64,000 bases of DNA from Blasia pusilla. Lineage: Eukaryota. Made by a program: the position numbers and the translations under genes. The DNA is taken from NCBI GenBank assembly GCA_050084515.1, contig CM114271.1, positions 15,810,001 through 15,874,000 on the forward strand, in the 5' to 3' direction. Below the pieces are notes generated by a model that saw nothing but the letters and a program-made list of their open reading frames with translations, did not search any database and was not told where the DNA came from. Shown in pieces: positions 39,640 to 53,547 of the stretch; the stretch's first letter is position 1; each line of letters begins with the position of its first letter.

Positions 39640-42447
39640 TGGAGCCAGATATGGGCCCTAAGTTGACAGGAGGAGAGCGGGGCTGGATACACTAGTTCCT
39701 AAGGAGTTATAGGAGTTTTTTTGCATTTAGTATGCATGATTTGGGTACGCTGAAAGGTCCGGGATATGCATTGAGTTGTCGAGCGACACGCCAATCTTCC
39801 GATGATCCTACAGGTACAGTGACATGGAGAGTATGCATTTGCCACTATCATGCCCGCCAAGAAGGATGTGCATGGCAACTAGATGGATAGGCGGGTGTGT
39901 GGAGATTACTCACCTATTAATCTGCAGATGAAGTCTGATAGGTATGCTATGCCCACATCTGAGGAGATCTTTGATGCTATTAGGCACGCAAAGGTCTTCA
40001 GTTTGTTAGATCTTTGAGCCGGATACCATCAGCAGCTTATCAGATTGGAGGACAGGCAGAAGACGGCATTTTGGGGCATCGATCCTCATGGGAAGGATTG
40101 CTTGTACCAGTGGTGGTTCTTACCTTTTGGGTTAAAGAACACCCCGACTGAGTTTCAGAGGGTCATGGATAGATCTTGGAAGGTCTAGACTTTGCTTGGT
40201 ATTATATTGATGGCATCGTAGTCTTTAGCGCCACGGTTGAGGAGCATGAGCGACATCTAGAGGAGATGTTTCGACGATTGCAATTACATGGGCTGAAGCT
40301 ACATCTAGGCAAGTGCAAGTTCTTCTCCAACCAGATTGAGTACTTGGGTCATACGATATACCCAGGGGGCCTTGGTGTGCGGCAGACAAAGATAGAGGCT
40401 ATTTCATGCATTCCACGCCATATAGATGTGAGTCGGGTTTGTGCATTCATGAGATTGGCAAACTTCTCTCGACGGTACGTCAAAGGTTTTAGTTCGATTG
40501 CAAAGCCACTAACCTTGAAGACCAAGGTGGATCAGGAGTGGCACTGGGGGGGATGAGCAAGAGAGAGCATTTGAGTTGCTCAAGGGCAGATTGACGTACG
40601 CGCCCATATTGAGGAGACCGATCAGGGGCGTCCTTTCCAGTTGCATAGCGATTGGAGCATGTTGGGGCTTGGAGCCGTGCTCACCCAACATGACGATGAT
40701 GGTAGAGAGTTCGTGGTGGCTTACACTAGTCACTCGAGCAACGCTCAAGCTGCAGAGGCAAAGTATAGCTTGTATGAGGGTGAGTGCTTGGCTGCGGTGT
40801 GGGCTGTCGCACATTTCAGGTGTTATTTATTTGGCAACCCCTTTACTATCATTACTGATCATCAACCACTTAAGTGGTTGATGGAGTCCAACAAGCTTAC
40901 AGGGAAGCTTGCGAGGTGGGCCATTTTGTTGCAGGAGTATGACTTCCAGGTGGTGCATAGACCTAGGACGCTCAACCAGGATGCAGATGGTTTGAGCCGT
41001 AACCCATGCCCGAGTCAGCAAGATGCGATTGGAGCTCGTTTGCATGGTGAGAGTGATGAGGAGTTGGTACCAAAATGGCACGCGTGAGCCTATTTGGGCT
41101 TGTTGGCTATGGGGAGCCAGATTGTTGAGACTTCGATGGTGAGGTCTGATGGAGAGTCCTTAGATCCATAGGCCGGTGAGGAGACAAGAGGTAGTCGAGA
41201 CATTCACGACGATGGAGTGGTCTTGGAGTACTTGCATAGTGGCAACGTTGCAAGCACAGTGGGTGCTAGAGAGCGTGATTGAATCCTACAGCGAGCCAGA
41301 CGGTTCCGGTGGGAGGAGACACATGTGTTGTGAGTTTGGGAGGATGGTAGAGTGCGTGTGGTGCCTCATCCTTTGCAGAGAGCACGTTTGGTGCGTCATG
41401 CCCACGAGGAGTTGGGTCATTTTGGAGTGAAGTGGACGTGCAGCTTGCTCCAGATACAGTATTGGTGGTGAGGCATGCAGACTGATGTTCAACAGTTTGT
41501 TGCTAGGTGTATGGTGTGTGATTGAGTCGGAGCATCATTCAATGCTCCGAATCCACAATGCATCCACTTCCAATCATGAGTTTAGGTTATAGATGGAGTT
41601 TGGATTTTGCAGGACCTTTGCCTTTGACGGAGCCCCATAGTCGTTATGTGTTGGTGATGGTCGAGCACTTCTCAAAATGGATAGAGTTGGTTGCATTGCT
41701 TGACATAGCGAGTGAGGGAGTAGCGTATGCCTTCCTAGATCGAGTGCTGAGTTATTACGGCGCACCAGATGAGGTATTCACAGACGAGGGTACAAAGTTT
41801 CGCGGGAAGTTTCAGGCCTTGTGTGATCAGGTGTTGATCGACCACCGCACTACTTTGTGAGATCATCCTCAGGCGGATGGACTAGCGGAGAGGGTTGTGT
41901 AGACGGTGAAGAGAGGATTGCGCAAGTATGGCTTGCAGAGAAGTCACGTAGGAGATTGGGACCTCCAGTTGCCGTGGTTGGCGATGGGATACAAATTCAG
42001 CAGGCAGGCATCCTTAGCCTCTTTCTCACCGTTCTTGCTTTTGTATGGCCGAGAGCCAAATTTACCTACGGCCATTTGTCGAGATATTGGTGAGGTGTTG
42101 AACCTTGATGAACCTGATGTATGGATGCGAGCATGTTCATGCCCATGACATTTGAGAACTTGGCGATTGCTCAACATTGGGATATGTTGAGGTATATGAT
42201 TATTCGGGGAGATGATTATCAACCTACTATCCGGAGGTTTCATCAGGAAGACTATGTCTACTTGCAGCAGACGACACCCACGACGTTGGATGTGACTGTA
42301 GGGCGCACCATCTTGAGAGTGCGTGAGGTTTTGCCATTCGGTATTCTCGTATTGGAGGGACAGGATGGTATGGTTTGGAAGGACTATGTGCGTAATTGTG
42401 CGCCATGTCATCTTTCGAACATTAACAATACGTTGATCCGAGCTTAG
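39640..42447 (+). pseudogene. Ty3/Gypsy pol: reverse transcriptase, RNase H and DDE integrase (degenerate)
   Basis: RT motifs KTAFW, PFGLKN, YIDGIVVFS and KCKF...YLGH. RNase H motifs HSDWS...LGAVL, YEGECLAAVWAVAHFRCYL, TDHQPLKWL and LARWAILLQEYDF. Integrase motifs HEELGHFG...CMVC, WSLDFAGP, TDEGTKF, HPQADGLAER and SPFLLLYGREP. Confidence 0.93.
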
Positions 42448-42460
42448 TAGTAGTTCTTGC

Positions 42461-42610
42461 AGGCTTGAGATGTATGTTGTGTAGTTCCGCCCGTGGTGCA
42501 GCCACTATGCTAGTCTATGATGGGTGCTCAAGAGGATGGCATATGGCATGTCTGACGCCATCTCTCACTAGGGTTCCTCAAGGACGATGGACGTGTCCCC
42601 GATGTACATA
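42461..42610 (+). pseudogene. PHD finger (C4HC3) at the integrase C-terminus
   Basis: LRCMLCSSARGAATMLVYDGCSRGWHMACLTPSLTRVPQGRWTCPRC. The second copy at ~25445-25585 retains all ligands: CMLC...VCDAC...HMAC...WMCPRC. Confidence 0.88.
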
Positions 42611-45298
42611 GAGTAGGTAGTTCTAGATTCTGACTTGTGTCTATGACATGGATGACAAGAAGACCACTAACGATAGGGCCACATGATCACCTGGCCTTTT
42701 GCTCTTAGCGTCCGAGAGATGTATGTCATGGTAGGTAGGGATAGATGGCTATCTGGAGTTCGAAGGACCTAGCCACCAGCCAGGGGGAAGGGTAATTGGA
42801 GATATTTTGGTACTTCTCGTCTCGTTATTTGGATGCCTTGAGTTAACATGGGATTGTGCGTGTCATGTGTTTGTTCGGTGACAGCGATGTATGTTGTGTA
42901 ATGATGTGTATGCACATGACAACTGTCACGTCTTTTAGGATAGATCAACGAGATCTAGTGGAGCGCCTTCGGCAATATTGAAGGACAGCATCAAGAAGTC
43001 GAGGATGACTTTATGAGGCCATGGATAATCTGAGATAGCAGATTTCCCCTTCGTTTCGGCTCATTTGGAACCATATAGAAAAATTTACTATTTTAAATAA
43101 ATTTTCATGTTTGGTAACATTAACTTTCTACTTTGGGAAGTGGCCTTTGACCCACTACAGTAGATCAAGAGCTAAGGAGATGACCTACGAGCATAAGTTA
43201 TTGAAGACAGAACTTGGGAATGGGAAAGGGATATACCTCCAAGAAAGAAAGCTTGAGAACTCATTATCTCTTTGTTCAACCTCTTGACATGAGGCCACAA
43301 AACTATGATCTTGATTGCCTTGTGTGTCTAACCCAAACCTCTTATTAGAAGAATGGATTTGGTTTGACATGAGAGAGAGAGTTCACACCATGGAGTGCAT
43401 GGTGTGAGAAGTGTGATGTGAAATCTATTTGATTTTATTGGAGATATTTCGATACTTCTTGTCGCGTTGTGTGAATGGCATGAGTTAGCATAGGATCTTT
43501 CGTGTCTATGTGTTTGTTCAATGACGGCGATGTATATTACGTAACGATGTGTATGCACACGACAACGCTTGTTGAATTCCATGTGTCATTTGGGAATTTC
43601 AAAATAATTTTTAACATACGATCAACCAAACCATTTTCCTTCATTTTTCTTAACTAATTTTCTTTGTATAGACATTTTATCCAAAAACAAGGCAACTTCC
43701 TTCTCAATTAGAGTTCTAAAATCTCCATAATTAGAGTTTTTAAAATCTCCATAATGGAAAGAAAAATTTTAAAACAGACTTTATAAGACAAAAACAATCC
43801 TCACGACTTATGGGTAAACTTGGCTATATAACAAATAGAACCTGGGTAAACTTGGCTATATGACAAATAGAACCGTTACATACTTGGAGGAATAGCTGAC
43901 CCGAAATCCTCGATCATAACCTAGCCACTTTCTTGAAATTCGCAACCCTTATGATCTGATGAAATTATGGACAAGTTGCTAGACCAACTATGACAAGGAA
44001 GCGTCTTGTCCGCATTTGCAATACCAAGGGGAAGTGGGACCCAAGCAGTTCTACCCAAACCTCGCAGACAAGAAACAACAACTCTTCAGCTCCACAATTT
44101 CAGGAAAAAGCAGGCTGACAGTAATGAAAGATTTTCCTGTATTTTGTGTCGACAAACAACCAGCCAGAGCTGAGAAAACTTCCAAAGTTACTCCATGCCA
44201 ATATGAATACAGGGATAGTAACGGCCAGGGTTCGGGGAGTTTTTTCGCAAGATCTGGTCCATCGCCGGCAACGTCCCGGTTTTGAGATACGAGATAAGGA
44301 TACAAAGGACCAACTCGAATTCCAACCGATTTTCGTAGGTAACTTTAAAATCAATCCAAAATTCTCAAATTTAACCTCCTAGCAATATTCGTAATTCCGG
44401 AGCTCCCCGATCATTGGTACCGGCGCTTGGAGACTCCCCTGACGTAGTCTCAGAGGATGGACCTGACATCCTCGAGCACTACAATACTGAGCCAAATTCG
44501 TCCCTTAGCAACTCTTACACTCAGTCTCACACCCATGACCAATGCGTGAGAACTTGAGAAGGGGGCCCCGAGCAATAAGTTGGAGCATGCCCCATCCTTC
44601 GAAGTTCGAACTACCTGATGGGGACAGAGGGCGGAAACGTTCGAACTACCTCATATCCCGCTCGCCTTGGTATGGAAAGCCAGTCACTGCAATTGCCCTG
44701 GTCTTCAATTATGCTACGATACGTAACGTCGAACACATTCTTCAGAAACCCAATAAAAAGTGGAAGATGGAGTTTTACCAGCCTGTAAGTGAAAAATGTG
44801 TGCGTGGCTCGAGTTCCCAGCTCTCCGAAAATCGTTTTAGAGTATCAACCAATACGCTATCAATTAATACTGATTATCAATCAAGTAAATTCGAATTGGA
44901 AAATGCAAAAAAATTTGGAACAGCGAATTCATCTTACACACTCTTTTGAAACCAGAATACAGATCCGACCCATAAAAGAAAGTGAGATAGAAACAATGAC
45001 GAAATAAATAATTGACCCAACAGGAGTCGCCTTCAAAACCTATGTGGTAAGTGGAGATCTTCCTTCGGAGATTTGCGGGTCGAATCTAATCCTCCTGAGA
45101 CATTACAAGACTTCATCTAAGTTTGAGCTATACAAGAAAAAACATTTACAACGTTTTGGCGGGGAAAGTTAGGGCAGATAAACTGCAGATGTTCCATCGC
45201 GCATGCCTGAAATTGAAGGATCGACATTGGAACTTTCCCTTCATATAAAGAGATTCGTTAGAATCCCAATTTGTCGAAGGCAGCCATCATCTCCCAAT

Positions 45299-48200
45299 TT
45301 ATGCTCCATACTTAGCATACAAAGCCTTGACCTCTTCAACATCGTCATAGCTCCCGAGAAATATAGGTGACCGTTCATGAATGTGCTTTGGAATAATTTC
45401 AAGGGCCTGGAATAAACGATGTCACAAGGGCGAGATACCACAATTTCATAAAATCAGAAAATGTTCTGTAGCTCAGATTTCGTTGTAGATCGAAAACCTA
45501 CTATTCTATACACCAGAAGAGCTCTATTAAGGATGGATGGACAGTCAGAAAGTTTACTCACCCGTCCTTTTCCAGTAAATGCTTGGCCCCCGGCTTGCTC
45601 CACGAGGAAGGACATTGGAAACACCTCATATAGCACACTAAACATATAGAATCAACCACAATGAAGAGTGAGCAACTATAACTTGAACTGGAAACCATCT
45701 ACGCAATGGGCATCGCAACACAACTCGTCACTTAACAGAATGCTGAAAACTTTCCTGTTACATGCAGAAAAAACAAAACTGCAGTGAGTGAAATCAACGA
45801 GAACTTCTCCAAGAGAATGGATGAGAAAAGGATCAAAGACTTACGAAGTCCCTGCACGTTTCGGATTCGGTTTCGCAGCTTCCCAACCTATTTTCAAATT
45901 TCTAGGCCTAGATTTCCCACGAAGGAGTTTTTTTTCTACTCATCGCTTGGAATTCATATCTATAAGATGTAGTCCCGGGATATATTTCCTGAGACTCTAA
46001 TTGGAGGAGTTTCTTATGTTCATGGGTTCCCTAGTTCAAGCTAACAGCATAGAGTCCACACATCTCCGCTTAGAAAGATCACAACATAGCCAGGACAAAT
46101 AGATTAAGACGAAAGGCACTGCCTTGACATGTTCGTAAGACATTCTTCCTAGTTAATGATTACCGTAGCTTTCCGTTGAGACTCTTCTTATCAGCAGGGT
46201 ACAAAAAGATGCCCCCATACAGCAAAGTACGGTGCACATCTGCCACCATGCTGCAAAACCATCGAATCCCTATCAGCACCAGTTCAGTAAAACATAGCAG
46301 AATTGGATGACTCTTTTCCTGACACCAGGGTGCTTCAAGTGTGTACTCATTCTACACAAGTCAGGATGATCACGATTAAACTTCCGAGGGGACAGTTTCA
46401 GTAACAAAAATCACGCGCAGCAGTTGATTTACGCATACCTGCCGATGTACCGAAGAGACTTTGGAGAAGAACCATCTGTGGGAAACTTCACCATCTCAAC
46501 GTATCTGAACGCACTCAAGTTCACACATTAGCATTGCATTGTGAAAAATAACCCGGAATGGAACTGCGACCTACTTTCGAGATCATGGTAAAAAAGTGGA
46601 CATAAATCTTGGAAGCTGAGGGAGAAAGGAGCCGCACTTTGTAGTAGGAGTGTCCCAGTTCCTTGCATTCCCTTCATTAACGGAATAGATCTTTCCCTTT
46701 TGGGGGATCTGCGACCAAGTTAAAAGAGAGTTAATATCGTCTAGAAATAGTGTTCATAAACCTATTAAAACAATCTGCAGTCGTCGTTTTATTAATTGCC
46801 GATTAAATCCTAGCGAAACTAGTTCTTCTAGCCGCTTAAACCTTTCCTACCTCCTATCAGCCTCCCTACCCCCAACTCACCTTGATATTCGGGTGAGTCA
46901 AAATAAACTCTCCAAGCGAAGGATCCAGGGTGAAACCATTCACACCCGTACCAGTACTCAACACCAGCTGGAGGGTAAACCACAACAGAGACCGAAAGAA
47001 TATCAGAGAACGACCTTGTCACTGTCGAAAGGAGATAGACGGGAGTGAAGCGTAAGAGATGAGACAGTTTGATAAGTGCGTAAAAGTATACCTGTAACAT
47101 CTAAGTGAAAGGGCTCCGCGTGCCGAAAGCCTACCATTGCATTATTGGAAAAAACTTACCGTGCAAGAACTTCCATACATGCAGTAGCCTGCTGCCACCA
47201 TGGACGTCCCTGGCTTCAAAACATCTTCAACTGAACCAGCCTGTCCCTCGTCAAGCATATAAATGCCAAAGATCTGTTGGCAAGGAGGAGGCACCCGTGC
47301 AAACAATTGATGTCCGCAGTATCTGATATCCTTTTAGAAAGAGTAGATGGAACAATGACGTGTCGTAAACTTTCACCACACCGAGTGCTCTATGCTATAG
47401 TGTTAGGTACGTATTTACAGTATCTGGTGCTGACGTAAGTAGCTAAATTAGCAGGAAGACCTTCTAATGGTGAAAAGATGGGTGCACAATGGAATGAAAC
47501 TAGTCACAGCTAATTTGCATTATCTGGGAACGACGGGTGCATACTGAAGATGCTTCGTCTATTTAAGATGATGTACGCACAGTTCCAATCGAGACGCCAC
47601 AGTCGATGTTTGAAGAGCCATCGAGAGGATCAAACACAACGCAATATCTGTTTGATATCCACGTAATAGTTAAAACCGAGAATCATACAAGATTGTAATA
47701 CTGACCTTCCCATCTAAAACATGGAGTCCACTTTCCGATTCACCGGGCATGATTGACTAACCAAAAACTGCCACTCCAGAGTATTACCTTCCACGCAATT
47801 TTTCAGGCACAACAATTGCTTCTTCATCCTCCTCAGACACGAGAATGTTCTGCATCGTGAAACATCGAGGGAAATTTTCAGTGAGCCATGAAAACGATCG
47901 ACGTAATCAACTCGGGCTAATCAAGAACCAAATACACAGTATCAAATGAACCTTGGTGCAGCTCAAAATATTTCTTTTAACAAATGTGTTCGACAGAACA
48001 TGTAGAACAACAGACTCAAAGTTCCTCACAACGGTGCTGAAACTTGAACCGCACCAGATGCCGACTAAAGTGGATGGTATCGGGATTTTTGGGTCAGTAA
48101 CGCACTCATCTTTCACTCCTTCTCACCCTTCCTGCTGAAACTTCCCCTCATAAACTACATTTTCCAAAAAGACGATGATGAAATGAAAACTGGTTTGTAC

Positions 48201-49607
48201 AAAGTATGATATTGTGATCCACACAGGACACCATGGTAGCGATGATGCAGTTAGAAGCACTGTGGGATTAAGGCTTACAGTTCGCCCGCTTGAAGTAAGT
48301 GCTTTCACAAAGACTTGATTTGAAAGGACGTCCAACTTTTTTTGCTCCTCTCCCTGGAAACCACAATATAACAGCACTCGTGACTAACAGAAAGAGCGAG
48401 AAATTCCTCGTCCCTCCCAAAATCAGCCGAGCTACCATGAAACATCCAGTGAGGGTCACCGGTCAAAGGCACAGAAAACCGGCAAGATCAATGACGTGAT
48501 GAAACGTCATGAGACCTGTGTTCAGCAATCCCCAGATCGCTGAGAAGACCGAGTCCAGGCAAGAACATTTCATTAGAGTGAATCAGTTGTTAAACAAGTT
48601 TCTCAGTCCTGACATCTTCTAACAAGAATCCGCCATGCTTACTGGTATATACAACAATGGGTAATCTTACCTGAATGTTGGTTTCTCCAGCGAGACCGAT
48701 CAACTTGGCAAGGCCAGCCTGCACAGTATCCGCACACCACAACAGGGATTGATTCACAAGGTGTGATTCCGAGTGCAAAGAAGGGGAAATAGACGAGTCA
48801 GGCGACCTGGACATTGATGAACCGATGCATTACCACCAATTGTTACCACTTTGCCAGCATCCCGTTCGAGCAGGACATTCACACTTGCATTAAAACTTCG
48901 CATCGTAGTCAAGTAGGATGATGTAACTGATAAAACCGGCAAACAGGAACCGGAAACCATAGACATAAACGTGATGAAAAACTGGACCGGACTTACTTTA
49001 CACATCGCAGGGTAACGCGAAACATGCTAAGGGAACAAAAATACTACGATCTTGGATACAGTTTACATTTTGTCCTACACAAACGAGAGAAACGCTATTG
49101 TCACCTCAAAGTCACAAATTAGAGAGTGAAACTGAGCCTTGAGCCAAATAACACCACTAAAAGGAATTTCGTCGTCGTTGAGATAACCGTATCCTCTGCT
49201 AGATACCAAGCTCAGCACTGCTGTCCGGTACAATGGTCGGACCAGACTACAATCAACAATAAGATGTTGGCTGAGATGTAGAAGAGTAACACTGGGTCCT
49301 AGTAGCCAGATCATCTGCAGTCTCGTAAACACATCTTTCACATAGATGAACAATTGTCCGTCATTCGAAATTGGGAACGTCACAGACCATCTTATTACGT
49401 GTCACAAGACCAACGGACCTGAGCTTAAGTAAACCATTGAGAATTGACCTTGTTCACAGCAGAGCAAACAAATTTGCAACCCAGGACGATGTTATTCAGT
49501 AGAATCGTCAGATCTCCTCTGGCTTCAGGGTACTTGCTCTGCTCATTCAGCACATGGCGGGTCAATGTCATCAAATCCGTACGCATCGCATCCGCAGCGT
49601 GATCCAT
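45299..49607 (-). CDS. FBP: Cytosolic fructose-1,6-bisphosphatase, 12 coding exons
   Basis: Exons translate to [34 protein letters not shown]..., [129 protein letters not shown] and [10 protein letters not shown]...KYGA*. There is no transit peptide, and introns are GT-AG. Confidence 0.96.
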
Positions 49608-51565
49608 TTTGAATGGTTCTGGAGTTCTAGCACGTGTAGAGCGGCCACTATCTCACCACCTGATCGTGCGCGAATTATCACAAAGATATCGTATGAGAGA
49701 CTCGAAGACTCCTGTAATGTCAAGCCGATCTACTCAAATTCAGTTCTGAGAGTTTTGTGTCAGCACGCATTCTTGCAGGCGCTGGAAAACCAATGCCAGC
49801 ACGGTAGAAACGTGTCCGCACTTCAGACTCCTAACCACCTCATGCCTTCCTCAAATTTTAAGATAACATATGTTTCAAAATCTGGAAACTACACTCATAA
49901 TTATATCATGAAATGTTCAGCTCTCGGTGGATTGGTGCAGGTGCTAGTCATTCCTCGGAAAACGCAAAATGATCAAGCCACGTACCAAATATCTATCTCC
50001 GAATGCTAATAGGCTGTAGACAATGTGATCGCTGCCCGTGCTGTTCTGGGCGATCCAGATCCTCTTGTGTAACGAGCCAAGACCTTTCCCGCTGGTTGTA
50101 CTGAATGGAAGAGTGCAGTGGCGTAAGGCTACGGAGAATGAGCGTGGGGCAGGTGGAATCCGGGGGCGGTGCAGTCCATAACAAGAGCCACGGTACCGCG
50201 CCTACATTTTTCCGAAGCAAGGAGGAGTTTCGTGCTTCGGAGACGCAACTAAATACGACAGTGCGTTGCTTTTGCTGCGTTTTTCCACACCGAGTGATGA
50301 GTGTCGAGTTCATTTGTCGCTTCAGGTGACGCATTCTCGAAACACGTGCAATCCGCATGGAAGTACATGAGGTAGAATGTGATGGCGGAATAAGGAAAGC
50401 CATCTGTAGTCTCAGGAAGTGCCCCCCGCCACATACCCTCCATCCCTCTTCCCCTTCCGGCCGCCGCCCTGTCCCCGGGGGCCCCTTACCGTCGCCGAAG
50501 TCCTCACTGATAGGACCTACCACAGGACTTTTGTGACAAAATGTCAATTAATCGCGTTCAGATTTAGCTGATCCGACAAAATTCATTCAATATCCGATGA
50601 CACCTCTCATGCGGATTATGAAATTTCGGGATCGTACTAATTGCATGTCTGCTTCGTCCTGCTCGCATCTCACCTCCCAGGCCCAAAAGAGAGTGAATCA
50701 ACTTCGACGGAATCGATCGAAACTCGTCAGCAGACGCATGTGGAACGTAGCAGCGGTGCGCTCGATTCTTCGGAGGTTCCCGGGATCGTTTACAACAACC
50801 TCACCGTCCAACAAAACGTTTCAGACTCTGAAAGCTTTGAAAAGTCTTCGGATGTTAGTTACTACGAAGAAAAGCGTACATTTCATTAGATTTAAAATTA
50901 AAAGAAGTCACCCCGTCAAAAGAGTCGTGCAGACAAATATTGCAGACCGCGCTTAAATCTTCTTCTATTTTATGCGAAACGCAGGTGGCTAAAGGCCGCA
51001 TCCCTGGCTTTGGAACCCGCTATGTGGCCGGGGTGGGAAGTACGCCTCAGCCACGGTGACAGGTCTGGAGGGGTGGGAGAAGCGAGGGTTAAACAATCAG
51101 AAGGTTAAAAAAGGACCTGCGATGTTGCCTGCGACCATAGCCGTTTGTCCGCAATATAAGGGAATCCAAACCTGCCCGGAGGATCTAATCGGAACATCTC
51201 TTAACTGAGTCTGCATATGTGTACGACGTGTCGATGGGCCATTCCTCGAAGACTAGATTTCAGTTGGGACGACGAATTAGACTCCAGCACATGGTCGGGG
51301 CTTAACCGTTGAAGGTTCGTGGCCACAACTGAACTCCTAGAGTGACCGTGGGTGGCGTTGGGTAAGGTGTGAGTGAAGGGGAGGTGACCCTTTAAAGGTG
51401 AACCGTTTATTTTCAATCACTCAATCATTGCAAGGAGAGACTTTCGTACTTGCCATGGAATATTGGGAGACATATTTTACCCCCATAGCTAGTGTGGGGT
51501 CCGTGCATAAATTAAGCTTAATAAAATCACCACCCTTATTATTGGTGTGTAGCCACATGGGTATT

Positions 51566-51807
51566 TCTATATTTTAACATGTCTCTTCTCCCATGTATAT
51601 AATTAAAAGAGGATGAAGTTATAAAAAAACCCTCCTTTTTTGTGTCTTGTAAAAGTTCTTATGATGTTGATATATGTCACTTTAAGAGAGGGAGTTAAGT
51701 GAAGAGGAAATAATTAAATCAGGAAGGGAAAAGAGGACACGAGGCATTAAACTAAAATCTTTTTGAAATTTGAAGATGACCTTTGCAAAGCACGGGAAAC
51801 ACTCTAG
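51566..51807 (+). mobile_element. Small non-autonomous Helitron
   Basis: TCTATAT start and a tgcaaagcacggg...CTAG|T end. Confidence 0.4.
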
Positions 51808-52058
51808 TTTATACTAAGAGGGGATGACCATGTCAAAGTCAAATCATTATATTTTTAAAACATCATACAAAATATAGAATGGAGATAGTGTGTTTGATCA
51901 CAATTTATATCTCTATCTTATATTAATATCCACTTAATTATAAAAAAAATACAAAAGAGGACAAAGAAAGGTAATAACATCCCAAGAAGGGAAGAAGTTA
52001 AAAAATGTACCATGGAATTCTAAAAAGAAAATGGCAACAAGTCATCATAAAAACCAAC

Positions 52059-53206
52059 TCAACGAGCTGTATGACTAATAGCATGAAACAAAACTAACAA
52101 GAACAATAGTGATTGATCCAACGTAAATGGACAACGAGATGAGTAAAACCCAACCACTTCGGCTCGTTGTATCAACACCAAAGCTTGTGCACGTTGTAAG
52201 GTCATGGAGATGCATTGCCAAAAATAAGTAGTGACTTCGGAGAGGGAAGGACTACGAGAAGGGACAAGGTGATGATTCTTGAGCAAATGATGAGCAAATG
52301 TTTTCAGGAAAGTATCAAAAGACACATATGAGTGACCAAATACTTCTACTGCAAAAGAAATAAATCTATTGGTCGCATGTCTCACATCATAACTTAACTC
52401 CTTCATTCTTGTTGTTGTTTTGGTCGGAGAACCTTTAGCAGGGTTGCACACAGACAAAGTCCGTACGTGTCCATGGACATGTCCATGTCTTTGCGGGCTT
52501 AGGTATCTACGGCCTGCACCGGAGCCCGCCTGAAGCCCGCCACATAGACCCAAGCCGACCAAGCCCGCACATGTTGCATGGCCCACGAGACACCAGAGCC
52601 CGCGGTCAGCCTGCAACCATGCGCGCATGGCGGGCTTGGCCCTCATTGGGCGGGCTCAGGTCCGTGCAGGGCCCGCATGCTCCGACGGGCCACGCAACCG
52701 GTATAGGCTCTGTCATCATGGGTCTACGCGGCAGGCTTTGGGCGGGATGGGTGCGGACCGGACATGTCCGAACTTGTCCGTTTCCATGCAATCTTTACCT
52801 TTAGTATATGACGTCTAACACACCAAGTCAAAACATGTTGGACGAGCTACCACCATATCCTCCAATATCCAAAATCCACCTCGAGACATAACACGATCAG
52901 CTCTTTGACAAAAGGTTGCTTGTATAGTAAAAGATAGGACATACAGTTGTTATGCCCAATGGTATACCTTGCAATACGAGCCATCAATACTACCTTCTCT
53001 CTAATCACATCATGTGTTTCCATTCCTTCTCCACCATATGCACATTGGAGAACCTTTGCATCAATGGGCTCCCCACATACATAATTCAACCCATCTACTG
53101 GAGAAGGATGAGGAACTCCAAGGCATAATGGAAAAGCTATTGAGATTCTACTTTGAGGAAGACGAAATGGACCAATAAGAGGATTTTCAATAAGCCATGC
53201 CCCCAC
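52059..53206 (-). pseudogene. C-terminal remnant of a CRE-like non-LTR retrotransposon (zinc knuckle plus restriction-like endonuclease region), split by a MITE
   Basis: GAWL...P...CGEPIDA..LQCAYGGE.METHDVIRE and FISFAVEVFGH...YFWQCISMTLQRAQA resemble REL-clade (CRE) C-terminal motifs. Confidence 0.6.
52439..52796. mobile_element. hAT-type MITE
   Basis: CAGGGTTGCAC...ATGCAATCTTT termini with a perfect 8-bp TSD ACCTTTAG (52431-52438 and 52797-52804). Confidence 0.88.
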
Positions 53207-53323
53207 TCATGTACCCGCAAAATCATGGGGGGGAGAGGAGCCAAAGGCAAAGACTTTCTATTATATAAATCACTTTAATTTCCTCGATTCTAAATATGTC
53301 GTGTTTGAGAAAAAGGAAGAGGT

Positions 53324-53437
53324 TGGATGCAGCACCGGGACTTCCCGGGAGGTCACCCATCCCAGTACTATTCCGGCCCAAGGGCGCTTAACTGCAGAGT
53401 TCTGATGGGATCTGGTGTAGTAGCCCTGGCTTCATCC
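53324..53437 (-). rRNA. 5S: Solitary 5S rRNA copy, probably a pseudogene (5' end altered)
   Basis: The reverse complement reads ggatgaag-ccagggctactacaccagatcccatcagaactctgcagttaagcgcccttgggccggaatagtactgggatgggtgacctcccgggaagtcccggtgctgcatcca, followed by a T-rich tract. A typical plant 5' end is GGATGCGRTCATACCA. Confidence 0.9.
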
Positions 53438-53547
53438 ACAAGGGTTCATATGTAATCGTGATGAATTTTTTTTTATATAAGCCCAAGCTCAATATAACTC
53501 TTGTAGTTTAATATGGTGACAGGTAAGAAAGTTGCATGTGTGCACAT

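Noticed and set aside
49993-50956. ORFs of 184 and 119 aa upstream of FBPase
   Set aside because: No domain similarity was recognised; the region is more likely 5' UTR, intron or promoter of the FBPase gene.
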